Part shown: positions 1-7,750 of the stretch, piece by piece | Numbering within the stretch: position 1 is the first letter of the stretch | How the letters are laid out: the number at the start of each line of letters is the position of its first letter | Translations under genes and position numbers: made by a program | Notes under the pieces: generated by a model | The model's database searches: none | Seen by the model: only the letters and a program-made list of their open reading frames with translations | What the model was told of the DNA's origin: nothing | From: an uncultured Gammaproteobacteria bacterium | GTDB lineage: Bacteria; Patescibacteriota; Patescibacteriia; Magasanikbacterales; GWA2-37-8 | Length of the DNA stretch: 64,000 bases | NCBI GenBank assembly: GCA_964535515.1 | Contig: CAZHTA010000002.1 | Location: forward strand, 684-64,683 | Reading direction: 5' to 3'

Positions 1-105
1 TAAATTAATTATTTGTGGCTAATAACTCCCAAATATGATTATTTACTAAACAGAGCTAAGATTAGCCAAAAATATCACTTATCCACTTAAAATACTACCA
101 CTATA

Positions 106-134
106 TTGACAAAAAGGCAAGTTTATGATAATAT
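106..134 (+). promoter_or_regulatory. sigma70-like promoter TTGACA(106-111)-17nt-TAATAT(129-134) upstream of GC-rich non-coding transcript
   Basis: Canonical -35/-10 hexamers with 17-nt spacer read directly; sits about 35 nt upstream of the abrupt switch to GC-rich sequence. Confidence 0.4.
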
Positions 135-140
135 ATTTAG

Positions 141-806
141 TCATTTAGATAATCGTCCGATATCTGCATAGATTTCTATCTATATAGATACCGCTCGGTT
201 ACCGCGCACCGAGGGGGGCCCTCCATCTGGGCTTTGGTATCAAGCGCGTCCTTTCTTTGGATCATCCCATACCTTGGCAGCGTTCGCTGTATGGGAGGTC
301 GGCCAGCTACGTGTGTAAGCTGGGCCACGCAAGTGGTTACTCGAACGCTCTCCTGCCTATTGCCACGCTCTCCAGGCAATCGGTGTACGACGACTTCGGT
401 CGTTGAGTAGGGAGAAACCAACGGAATCGTTGGGAGCAAAAATGGATCAGCACACTGATCCGACTCGTGGTTGGGCAAGCTTCGTCCGACCAACGAGAAC
501 ACTGGGTTCCTGCAAGCAGGGAGCAATTCTGCTTCAGGACGGGCCAGACGATTCTGGCAGTTTCCACCCTGACCTCGGGGGCATGCTCGCGACTACCGCG
601 TCGTGTAGACCATCGGTCGGAATGGCCAACCCCTCCTCTCTCGAGGAGGACACGCCGTCGACACGGTCTAGGGAACTCTAAAGCTCGAGGTAGGGACAAC
701 TACGGGTCCCGGGCCGACGTGTGAGTCGGTCTCTGCGTACGACTGGGATCGGAGGGGGCGCCGACAGCGCCCCCTCCATCCCCAAATTCTCATTGTTTTT
801 TTCTTG
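141..806 (+). ncRNA. candidate large structured ncRNA (unclassified), GC-rich, no credible ORF
   Basis: GC-rich block in an AT-rich genome with many local hairpins, including ACGAC-UUCG-GUCGU, CCUCCUC-ucuc-GAGGAGG and an 11-bp GGAGGGGGCGC/GCGCCCCCUCC stem. All six-frame ORFs overlap each other and are low-complexity. Promoter upstream and T-run/terminators downstream. Confidence 0.4.
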
Positions 807-829
807 AAAGAGAATAGTGAAAAATAAAA

Positions 830-858
830 AATTCCGTTAATAGCGGAATTTTTTGTTT
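830..858 (+). terminator. intrinsic terminator (AATTCCG-loop-CGGAATT then TTTTGTTT)
   Basis: Perfect 7-bp stem directly followed by a T-run; lies downstream of the GC-rich transcript and of an earlier GC hairpin (745-783) plus T7 run (796-802). Confidence 0.5.
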
Positions 859-906
859 CAAATTAATAACCTACTTTTTTACCAGCTAAAAAATTAAAAA
901 CAGATA

Positions 907-935
907 TTGACTCTCAAATATTTTTTTGTTACTAT
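907..935 (+). promoter_or_regulatory. sigma70-like promoter TTGACT-17nt-TACTAT for GC-rich small ORF
   Basis: Hexamers read directly; AGGGGA Shine-Dalgarno about 8 nt upstream of ATG at 968. Confidence 0.4.
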
Positions 936-967
936 CATACCCGGAAGAAAAATCTAGGGGACTCCAC

Positions 968-1297
968 ATGGCATTCGCTGACGCCAAATCCTTGATAAAG
1001 CCACTCACACTGCAAGATGCAGAGCTGTACGTCGGCAACCACAGACCGACAAAGGGTCGGATCGTGAGCCACTCAGAAAACACCAGAGGGCCGCTGTCTG
1101 GCATCATCGCCATTCAGTTGAAACTCCCAAACGGTGACTCCTACCACTGCGCCCCACTGACCGATCCGCTTGGCCTGAGGAAAGTCAACGAAGAGTTCTC
1201 GGTGACCCTGGAACTACGGGGCCGAACCATCCACCTAGAAATCAGCTCAGAACGGTACAACCGGCATGGCGCCAACAAGTCCAGCCACACCTTCTGA
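968..1297 (+). CDS. hypothetical protein (109 aa), GC-rich, foreign-looking composition
   Basis: ORF track frame (track start TTG 926; ATG at 968 has an SD). GC-rich codons. No recognisable domain. Followed by a terminator. Confidence 0.45.
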   Translation: MAFADAKSLIKPLTLQDAELYVGNHRPTKGRIVSHSENTRGPLSGIIAIQLKLPNGDSYHCAPLTDPLGLRKVNEEFSVTLELRGRTIHLEISSERYNRHGANKSSHTF

Positions 1298-1322
1298 TCT
1301 TCTTCCACTTCGGAGGACACAC

Positions 1323-1360
1323 CCCACGCTAGCGAATTCGCCCGTGGGGTTCGCTATTTT
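1323..1360 (+). terminator. intrinsic terminator (CCCCACG...CGTGGGG stem with inner GCG-AATT-CGC, then T-rich tail)
   Basis: Inverted repeat read directly, followed by ttcgctatttt. Confidence 0.5.
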
Positions 1361-1367
1361 CACTCAA

Positions 1368-2465
1368 CTAATATCTTTTTTCAATTACACTCTGTACCAT
1401 ACCAACCATTAAAAGATTAACAATTAAAGACGAACCACCATAACTAACAAAAGGCAATGTCACACCCGTAACTGGTAATACTCCCAAGTTAGCACCGACG
1501 TTAATAACCAACTGACTAAAAAATACAATCGTCACACCACTAACAACTACAGCAGCAAAATCATTATCGGAATGTTTGATAATTCGAATTAATCGCCAAA
1601 ACAAAAAACCAAACAGACCTAAAACTGCAGCTGCACCCGCGAAACCCAATTCTTCACCAATTACTGAAAAGACAAAGTCCGTTTGTGCTTCTGGTAAAAA
1701 TCGTAATTGACTCTGCGAGCCAAAGCCCAGTCCCCGACCAAAAAACTTACCTGAACCAATAGCAATTGCTGCTTGATTAGTATTGTAACCAGCACCTAGT
1801 GGATCTGACTCAGGATAAATAAAAGTTAACACCCGATCTTTTTGATAATCTTGTAAAAGAAAAAACCAACCAAAAACTGCCGCGGCTGTTACTGCAACCA
1901 TCAAACCAACAAGATACAAACGACGCGCCCCAACCAAACACATAATACCAAACCAAACTAGACCCAGTATTACTGCCGATCCAAGGTCGGGTTGCAACAT
2001 CACCAAACCAATTGCTGATAAAGTAACGGCCCCAGTACCAAAGAAAAAAAGCGGACGCTCAAAACGTCGACCAAAACGATACACAATGTAAGCTAAAACA
2101 AGAATCAAACCCCACTTTGCCAATTCCACCGGTTGAAAAGAAAAACCCGCAATAGCAAACCAACCGCGCGTGCCACGAATAGTCGCACCAAAAAACAAAA
2201 CTGCTAATAGTAAAATTAAACAAAGAAGAAAAAACCATTTTGCATAGGAACGAAAAAAACCGCTTTGTCGACTCGAAGCCCAAAACATTAAAACCGTACC
2301 AATTAACAATGCGATTGATTGCTTGCGAAAATATACCAATTCCTGACCGCGTGAGAGATCTACACTGTAGATAGCCGCCAAACCGATCAAAATCAAAAAA
2401 AACACGGCCCCAGTTAATCCCCAATCAAAATTGCGCCATGAAAACTTAGAAAAAAATCCCGACAT
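1368..2465 (-). CDS. SEDS-family peptidoglycan glycosyltransferase (RodA/FtsW)
   Basis: About 10 TM segments. Motifs GTRGW, FQPVELAK, PEAQTDFVFSVIGEELG and PFVSYGGSS are typical of FtsW/RodA. Confidence 0.85.
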   Translation of the reverse strand: MSGFFSKFSWRNFDWGLTGAVFFLILIGLAAIYSVDLSRGQELVYFRKQSIALLIGTVLMFWASSRQSGFFRSYAKWFFLLCLILLLAVLFFGATIRGTRGWFAIAGFSFQPVELAKWGLILVLAYIVYRFGRRFERPLFFFGTGAVTLSAIGLVMLQPDLGSAVILGLVWFGIMCLVGARRLYLVGLMVAVTAAAVFGWFFLLQDYQKDRVLTFIYPESDPLGAGYNTNQAAIAIGSGKFFGRGLGFGSQSQLRFLPEAQTDFVFSVIGEELGFAGAAAVLGLFGFLFWRLIRIIKHSDNDFAAVVVSGVTIVFFSQLVINVGANLGVLPVTGVTLPFVSYGGSSLIVNLLMVGMVQSVIEKRY

Positions 2466-2470
2466 AGTTT

Positions 2471-3433
2471 TTAGCTTTCCGGGGGAAGATATACCGAATT
2501 GTTATAAATGTCAATTAGAGGAAGCACTTTTACATCAGTCACATTTAAACCAACCACAAAACTTCGTAAATCAACCGCCCGTGTCTCGCCTGATTTAAAA
2601 CGTGGTAAATTCAAAGACAGAATACCGACTAACGAGTCACCCTGATACAAACCAACCTGAAAATTAGTATCTGCAAAAGAATATGAACTAGCATTACTTA
2701 GATTGAATTTTATAATATTCGCCGCCGCCCCTTCTGGCCCACCCGAACGTAAAAAAGAAAAATCACTAACTTTAAAATTCAAACGCTCTGCCTGCCACGT
2801 TGCCACATCAACAATATCGTGATTGGAAATACGGCGCCATTGCCAATTACTGATCACCAGCTCTCCCCCACTCGGATAATCTGATTGATCAAAACCTAAA
2901 TATGTAACCATCCTGGTTTCTCCTGGCAAAAGAAAAGAGTGCTTGGCTGGAGTCGGTGTACCATCAATTACAAAATAGTAATCAAAAGAAATATAAAAAC
3001 GACTATTAGGATTAGTTACCTCTCCTATCAAATCATATTTTTTTACCCCTCCAGGCAAAATCTGTGTACCCGCAATTAAAAGTGGTGCCGGAGAATATGC
3101 GGGATGAAAAACAGTGTAATCATAAAAATATGATAAATCACGATCTAACTTACTTCCACTTTCCAAACTATACAAAGCTAGGCTAGCACCCTTAACCAGA
3201 ACAAACAACCAAAAAATAACAGACAACCCAATTAAAACCCCAACAGCTACGCGATACAAAAGAACTCTGTTGCGTGCGAACCAAAAACCCCACTTAAATT
3301 CACTTGTCGTAAACTCAGACGTCGGATCAGTATAACGAGTAAAACTAGGCTTAGGTAACTTAGAAGTATTATCCGAAGTTGGTGTACCAGCACTGGAACG
3401 ATCACCGTTTTGTTGACTATAAATATTGAGCAT
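2471..3433 (-). CDS. hypothetical membrane-anchored protein (single N-terminal TM, extracytoplasmic domain)
   Basis: ORF track. One hydrophobic helix near the N-terminus. Appears co-transcribed with the SEDS gene. No recognisable domain. Confidence 0.5.
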   Translation of the reverse strand: MLNIYSQQNGDRSSAGTPTSDNTSKLPKPSFTRYTDPTSEFTTSEFKWGFWFARNRVLLYRVAVGVLIGLSVIFWLFVLVKGASLALYSLESGSKLDRDLSYFYDYTVFHPAYSPAPLLIAGTQILPGGVKKYDLIGEVTNPNSRFYISFDYYFVIDGTPTPAKHSFLLPGETRMVTYLGFDQSDYPSGGELVISNWQWRRISNHDIVDVATWQAERLNFKVSDFSFLRSGGPEGAAANIIKFNLSNASSYSFADTNFQVGLYQGDSLVGILSLNLPRFKSGETRAVDLRSFVVGLNVTDVKVLPLIDIYNNSVYLPPES

Positions 3434-3558
3434 AAAATTAGTTAAATTGTTCCCTGTTATTATACCCTAAAAAACGTTTTTCTTAAATACTCCCGGCCTT
3501 GCCCACCTAAGATATTTATGGTAAAATTAACTCGTTATTAAAACCAAAATTTCCATTT

Positions 3559-6500
3559 ATGCCTATTCGAAGAATAATAAGGGGGAAGATAAAAGCAGAA
3601 AAACCAACTAAACCGGTAGAAGAAAAAGAGGAAAAAATTGAGATTGAACCAGAAATAATAAAAGCTACAATAACCCATAAAGGAACTAAGGAAAGTAAAA
3701 CTTCCTCAGAATACAGCGCTAAGAATATTACGGTTTTGGAAGGATTAGAAGCGGTACGTCGCCGACCTGGCATGTATATTGGTTCTACTGGTCCAGCTGG
3801 TTTACACCATCTTATCTGGGAAGTTGTCGACAACTCAGTCGACGAAGCTATGGCTGGCCACTGCGATCGTATTGAAGTAACTCTGCTCCCCGACCACATG
3901 GTAGAAGTACGTGATAATGGTCGTGGTATCCCAGTTGATATCCACCCTCAACAAGGCGTAAGTGCCTTGGAAGTTATTTTAACCAAACTACATGCTGGTG
4001 GTAAATTTGGTAATGGTGGCTATAAAATTTCTGGCGGTTTGCACGGTGTAGGTGTTACAGTTGTAAACGCTCTCTCTTCTTACTTAAAAGCTGAGGTTCA
4101 CCTTGGTGGAAAAATTTGGGAACAAGAATACACAGCTGGTAATCCACAAAAAAAAGTTAGGGCCGTTGGTACTTGTAAAGATACAGGTACCACTATTACC
4201 TTCCGAGCCGATGACACTATTTTTGAAACAACTAATTATGAATGGAAGGCGATCGTTGACCACCTACGTCAATATGCTTACCTTTCTAAAGGATTACATT
4301 TCATAATCTCCGATAAACGTAGTCCAGAAGAAAAAGCCGTTGATAAAACAGCAATCAGTTTCCCTAATCCAACTTACCAGTTTTACTTTGAAGGTGGTGT
4401 GGCTTCTTATGTTCGTTATATCAATCACAACAAAGAAGCTAAAGGAGAAAACATCTTTTACGCTGACAAAGAAGCGGACGACGTTAATGTCGAAATTGCT
4501 TTACAGTACAGCGAGGATTACACTGAATCACTTTTTGCTTTTACCAACAATATTCATAATCCTGATGGCGGTACCCACGTTCAAGGTTTCCGCACTGCTC
4601 TAACACGCGTCTTAAACAGTTATGCTCGTAACAAAAATATTTTAAAAGAGAAAGACGCCAACCTAACCGGCGAAGACGTACGCGAGGGTTTGAATGCTGT
4701 CATTTCCATTAAAATACGCGAACCACAATTTGAAGGACAAACAAAATCCAAATTAGGCAATACTGAAGCTAAAACAGCAGTTGAAACAATCATGGGTGAA
4801 GAATTTACCATCTTCTTGGAAGAACATCCTAAGGATGCCGAGGCCATTATTGGTAAATGTTTACTCGCCAGCCGTGCTCGCAATGCTGCCAAAATCGCGC
4901 GTGATGCCATTTTGCGCAAAGGTGCTCTAGAAGGATTTACTCTACCAGGCAAACTAGCGGACTGCTCTTCGCGTGATGCTGAAATTTCTGAATTGTACAT
5001 TGTTGAGGGCGACAGTGCGGGCGGATGTTTTGATGGAAATACCAAAGTTGCGTTGACTGATGGACGTAGCTTGTCATTTATAAAATTAGCAGAAGAATGG
5101 GAACAAGGTAAAACAAACTACTGTTACACAATAAAAAACAATGGCGAAATTGGTATTGAAAAAATATTACACCCACGCATTACCAAGAAAAACGCCACCG
5201 TAATTAAAATCACACTAGATAATGATGAAGAATTGATTTGTACCCCAGATCACAAATTTATGTTACGTGACGGTAGTTACGTCCAAGCTAAAGATCTAAA
5301 ATCCGACATTAGCTTGATGCCTCTCTACCGAAAAACTTCTGTTATAGGAGGTCGTATTACAATAGATGGATACGAGATGGTTCTAAACACAAATAGTAGA
5401 TGGAAATTTACTCATCTTCTTGCTGACGAATATAATTTAACACAAAATGTATATCCTCAAATTGAGAACGGACATAAACATCACAAAGATTTTAATAAAC
5501 TGAACAACAACCCAGATAACATAATCCGTTTGTCTAAAGAAGACCATTTACAAATTCACCGCGAACAGGCGCACAAAACTCTCCATCGTCCAGATTCTAT
5601 TGCTAAATGTAACGAAATTAAACGTTCGGCAATTTATAGAAAAAAAATCTCCGACACGATGAAAAATCTTGGTCCGATGTTAAGTGCCCGAGCCAAAAAA
5701 CAATGGCAAAACGAGGAATATAAAAAATTCATGACGCATAAATTTTTGGAATTTTATAATAACAACGCTGAATACCGAGAAAAAAATAACGAGCTGTTAA
5801 ATAAAATACAAAAAGAGTATTGGGGCAACCTAAACAACCGGACAACACAAGCTGAGCGTGTTAAGGAATCTTTTAAGAACCACCCCGACAGAAAAAAATG
5901 GTTAAGTGAATTAGCAAAAAACCAGTGGAGCAGTGCCGAACTCTTAAATTGGCGCGCACAACAAACCACCAAACAATGGACACCTGAATTTCGCACTAAA
6001 CGTCAACAAGCTTACGCCAAAACATATCTTCAACACAGCTTGTCCTTCGCTAAAACACTAGCCGAACGTGGATTAAATTTCATTTCCACTTACAACCAAG
6101 AAAGAAGCGCTTTGCCAAAACGTAATAATAACATTGTAAAATTTGAAACATTATTAAATCGTTTTTTTGCTGGCGACCAAAATCGATTAGTCGAAGCAGT
6201 GAACAACTTCAACCATAAAATTGTCAGAATAGAAAAAGTCACCAAAAAAGTTGACGTATACGATATTGAGGTGCCACACACCCACAACTTCGCTCTAGCA
6301 AGTGGCATTTTCGTACACAACAGCGCCAAACAAGGCCGCAACCGCGAATTTCAAGCCATTCTCCCACTACGCGGTAAAGTATTAAACGTAGAACGCGCAC
6401 GTCTGGACAAGATCTTAGCTAACAACGAATTGAAATCTCTAATTATTGCAATCGGCACTAATATTGGTGAACAATTCGATATTACTAAGTTACGTTATCA

Positions 6501-7053
6501 TCGTATCATTATCATGACCGATGCGGACGTTGATGGTGCCCACATCCGTACTTTACTTTTAACTTTCTTTTACCGCCATTTCCCTGAACTAGTAAACAAT
6601 GGTCATATATATATTGCCCAACCACCACTTTACAGTGTTAAAACTGGTAAAGAAATAAAATATGCTTACAATGATGAAGAAAAAGAATTGCTCCTAGCCG
6701 AATTAAGTAAAAACAAATCTGCTAAGGCTGAAGCAAAACAGAAAAAAGAAGAAGCTGAGGAAGAAGTACCAGCTGAAGAAAACGGTGAAGAAGGCGGAGA
6801 TGCCCAAGCTGAGTCAATTTTAGTGGGTGGAGTAAAAGTTAACATCCAACGTTACAAAGGTTTGGGAGAAATGAACCCGGAACAACTCTGGGAAACTACG
6901 ATGAATCCAGAAAAACGTTTGATGAAACAAGTAACAGTAGAAGACGCCGGACTAGCTAATGAAACCTTTGAAATTTTAATGGGCGAAGATGTCGAGCAAA
7001 GAAAAAAATTCATCCAGACCAACGCCAAATCCGTAAGTAATTTGGATGTATAA
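3559..7053 (+). CDS. gyrB: DNA gyrase subunit B, interrupted in-frame by an intein (extein plus intein = 1164 aa); about 45-aa N-terminal extension
   Basis: GHKL ATPase motifs (LEGLEAVRRRPGMYIGS, GLHHLIWEVVDNSVDE), the TOPRIM motif EGDSAGG split from SAKQGRNREFQAILPLRGKVLNVE, and the C-terminal tail. Confidence 0.9.
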   Translation: MPIRRIIRGKIKAEKPTKPVEEKEEKIEIEPEIIKATITHKGTKESKTSSEYSAKNITVLEGLEAVRRRPGMYIGSTGPAGLHHLIWEVVDNSVDEAMAGHCDRIEVTLLPDHMVEVRDNGRGIPVDIHPQQGVSALEVILTKLHAGGKFGNGGYKISGGLHGVGVTVVNALSSYLKAEVHLGGKIWEQEYTAGNPQKKVRAVGTCKDTGTTITFRADDTIFETTNYEWKAIVDHLRQYAYLSKGLHFIISDKRSPEEKAVDKTAISFPNPTYQFYFEGGVASYVRYINHNKEAKGENIFYADKEADDVNVEIALQYSEDYTESLFAFTNNIHNPDGGTHVQGFRTALTRVLNSYARNKNILKEKDANLTGEDVREGLNAVISIKIREPQFEGQTKSKLGNTEAKTAVETIMGEEFTIFLEEHPKDAEAIIGKCLLASRARNAAKIARDAILRKGALEGFTLPGKLADCSSRDAEISELYIVEGDSAGGCFDGNTKVALTDGRSLSFIKLAEEWEQGKTNYCYTIKNNGEIGIEKILHPRITKKNATVIKITLDNDEELICTPDHKFMLRDGSYVQAKDLKSDISLMPLYRKTSVIGGRITIDGYEMVLNTNSRWKFTHLLADEYNLTQNVYPQIENGHKHHKDFNKLNNNPDNIIRLSKEDHLQIHREQAHKTLHRPDSIAKCNEIKRSAIYRKKISDTMKNLGPMLSARAKKQWQNEEYKKFMTHKFLEFYNNNAEYREKNNELLNKIQKEYWGNLNNRTTQAERVKESFKNHPDRKKWLSELAKNQWSSAELLNWRAQQTTKQWTPEFRTKRQQAYAKTYLQHSLSFAKTLAERGLNFISTYNQERSALPKRNNNIVKFETLLNRFFAGDQNRLVEAVNNFNHKIVRIEKVTKKVDVYDIEVPHTHNFALASGIFVHNSAKQGRNREFQAILPLRGKVLNVERARLDKILANNELKSLIIAIGTNIGEQFDITKLRYHRIIIMTDADVDGAHIRTLLLTFFYRHFPELVNNGHIYIAQPPLYSVKTGKEIKYAYNDEEKELLLAELSKNKSAKAEAKQKKEEAEEEVPAEENGEEGGDAQAESILVGGVKVNIQRYKGLGEMNPEQLWETTMNPEKRLMKQVTVEDAGLANETFEILMGEDVEQRKKFIQTNAKSVSNLDV
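5026..6321 (+). other. intein (432 aa) inside gyrB with HNH-type homing endonuclease domain
   Basis: Starts with Cys directly after GDSAGG. Block B TPDH. Ends VHN followed by extein Ser (SAKQGR). Internal NGHKHHKDFNKLNNNPDNIIRLSKEDHLQIH resembles an HNH motif. Frame verified (5026-3559 and 6322-3559 both divisible by 3). Confidence 0.8.
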
Positions 7054-7090
7054 GAAACAATTAAACATAATAAAAAACCACCTCGCAAAA

Positions 7091-7122
7091 GATGGTTTTT
7101 TATTTCCTTCTATTTTGAACTA
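7091..7122 (+). terminator. intrinsic terminator after gyrB (AACCACC...GATGGTT then T6)
   Basis: Hairpin with one G-U pair followed by a T-run. Confidence 0.5.
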
Positions 7123-7180
7123 ATTCAAAACAAAAGGGACTTGGCGGTCCAGCTGTGCCCGTAAAGGGAGCTGGACCGCC
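7122..7180 (-). terminator. intrinsic terminator for minus-strand GC-rich operon (12-bp GGCGGTCCAGCT/AGCTGGACCGCC stem then T-run on minus strand)
   Basis: Perfect 12-bp inverted repeat at 7143-7180; the minus strand continues as aagtcccttttgtttt. Confidence 0.55.
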
Positions 7181-7264
7181 GAGATAGGAATGACGAGACG
7201 AACGACTCACCCCGATCATCCGACAGCCGCGAAGGCCGAGCAGACGAATCGAGGGGTGTGACGT

Positions 7265-7750
7265 TTAGTTTAGATCGGGGAGATCGAAAAGGCCGAGGAG
7301 CACACCGAATCCGTAAGCGACCCCATTGGTGACAATGGCGGCGCATAACCCCCACCAGATGGCCTCGAGGAAGTATCCGCACGAGAACCATGCGGAGTAG
7401 TCCTTCCCGTCTCCAGCCGCGAGCGCCCAGCGCCACCCATAGTTAGCGGCGAGGAGATGGAGCAACACCGCAACCACAGTGACCACCACCGCCAACGGCC
7501 GGCGGGCGTCGCTGTCCAAGTTGCTGCGGAGGACCAGTGCCCAAACAACCAGGGACACCACTGGCCCGATTGCGAAGGCCATGACCACGCCGAACCAATC
7601 GACTCCATCCAGCTTCGCGCTGCACCAGACGGAATCATCGTACCCGCCACCACCGGCCAACGCAAGGCCGGGGAGAAGGAACATTACCGTGAAGGCCACG
7701 GCGACCATCGACACCAGCAAGCAGGTTTTCCAGGACCTGTTCAAGTTCAC
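7265..7750 (-). CDS. small integral membrane protein (about 4 TM), GC-rich, holin-like by size and topology
   Basis: ORF track. Hydrophobic segments. ATGA start/stop overlap with the upstream CHAP gene (translational coupling). High-GC codon usage. Confidence 0.55.
   Translation of the reverse strand: MNLNRSWKTCLLVSMVAVAFTVMFLLPGLALAGGGGYDDSVWCSAKLDGVDWFGVVMAFAIGPVVSLVVWALVLRSNLDSDARRPLAVVVTVVAVLLHLLAANYGWRWALAAGDGKDYSAWFSCGYFLEAIWWGLCAAIVTNGVAYGFGVLLGLFDLPDLN

Noticed and set aside
176-724. Four overlapping ORFs (176-526 minus, 337-699 minus, 403-681 plus, 467-724 plus) inside the GC-rich block
   Set aside because: They mutually overlap in different frames, translate to low-complexity Arg/Pro/Ser-rich peptides, have no SD, and the region is explained better as structured RNA.
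141-806. Identification of the large ncRNA as tmRNA, SRP RNA, 6S RNA, a cobalamin riboswitch or a group II intron fragment
   Set aside because: No GGGG-start/tRNA-like ends or ALAA-tag ORF; no SRP domain IV GGAAGCAGC-type motif; no B12 box; no domain V consensus. Left unclassified.
2059-2424. 121-aa minus-strand ORF
   Set aside because: Alternative frame inside the SEDS (RodA/FtsW) gene; spurious.
3516-3899. 127-aa minus-strand ORF
   Set aside because: Antisense to the well-supported gyrB N-terminus; spurious.
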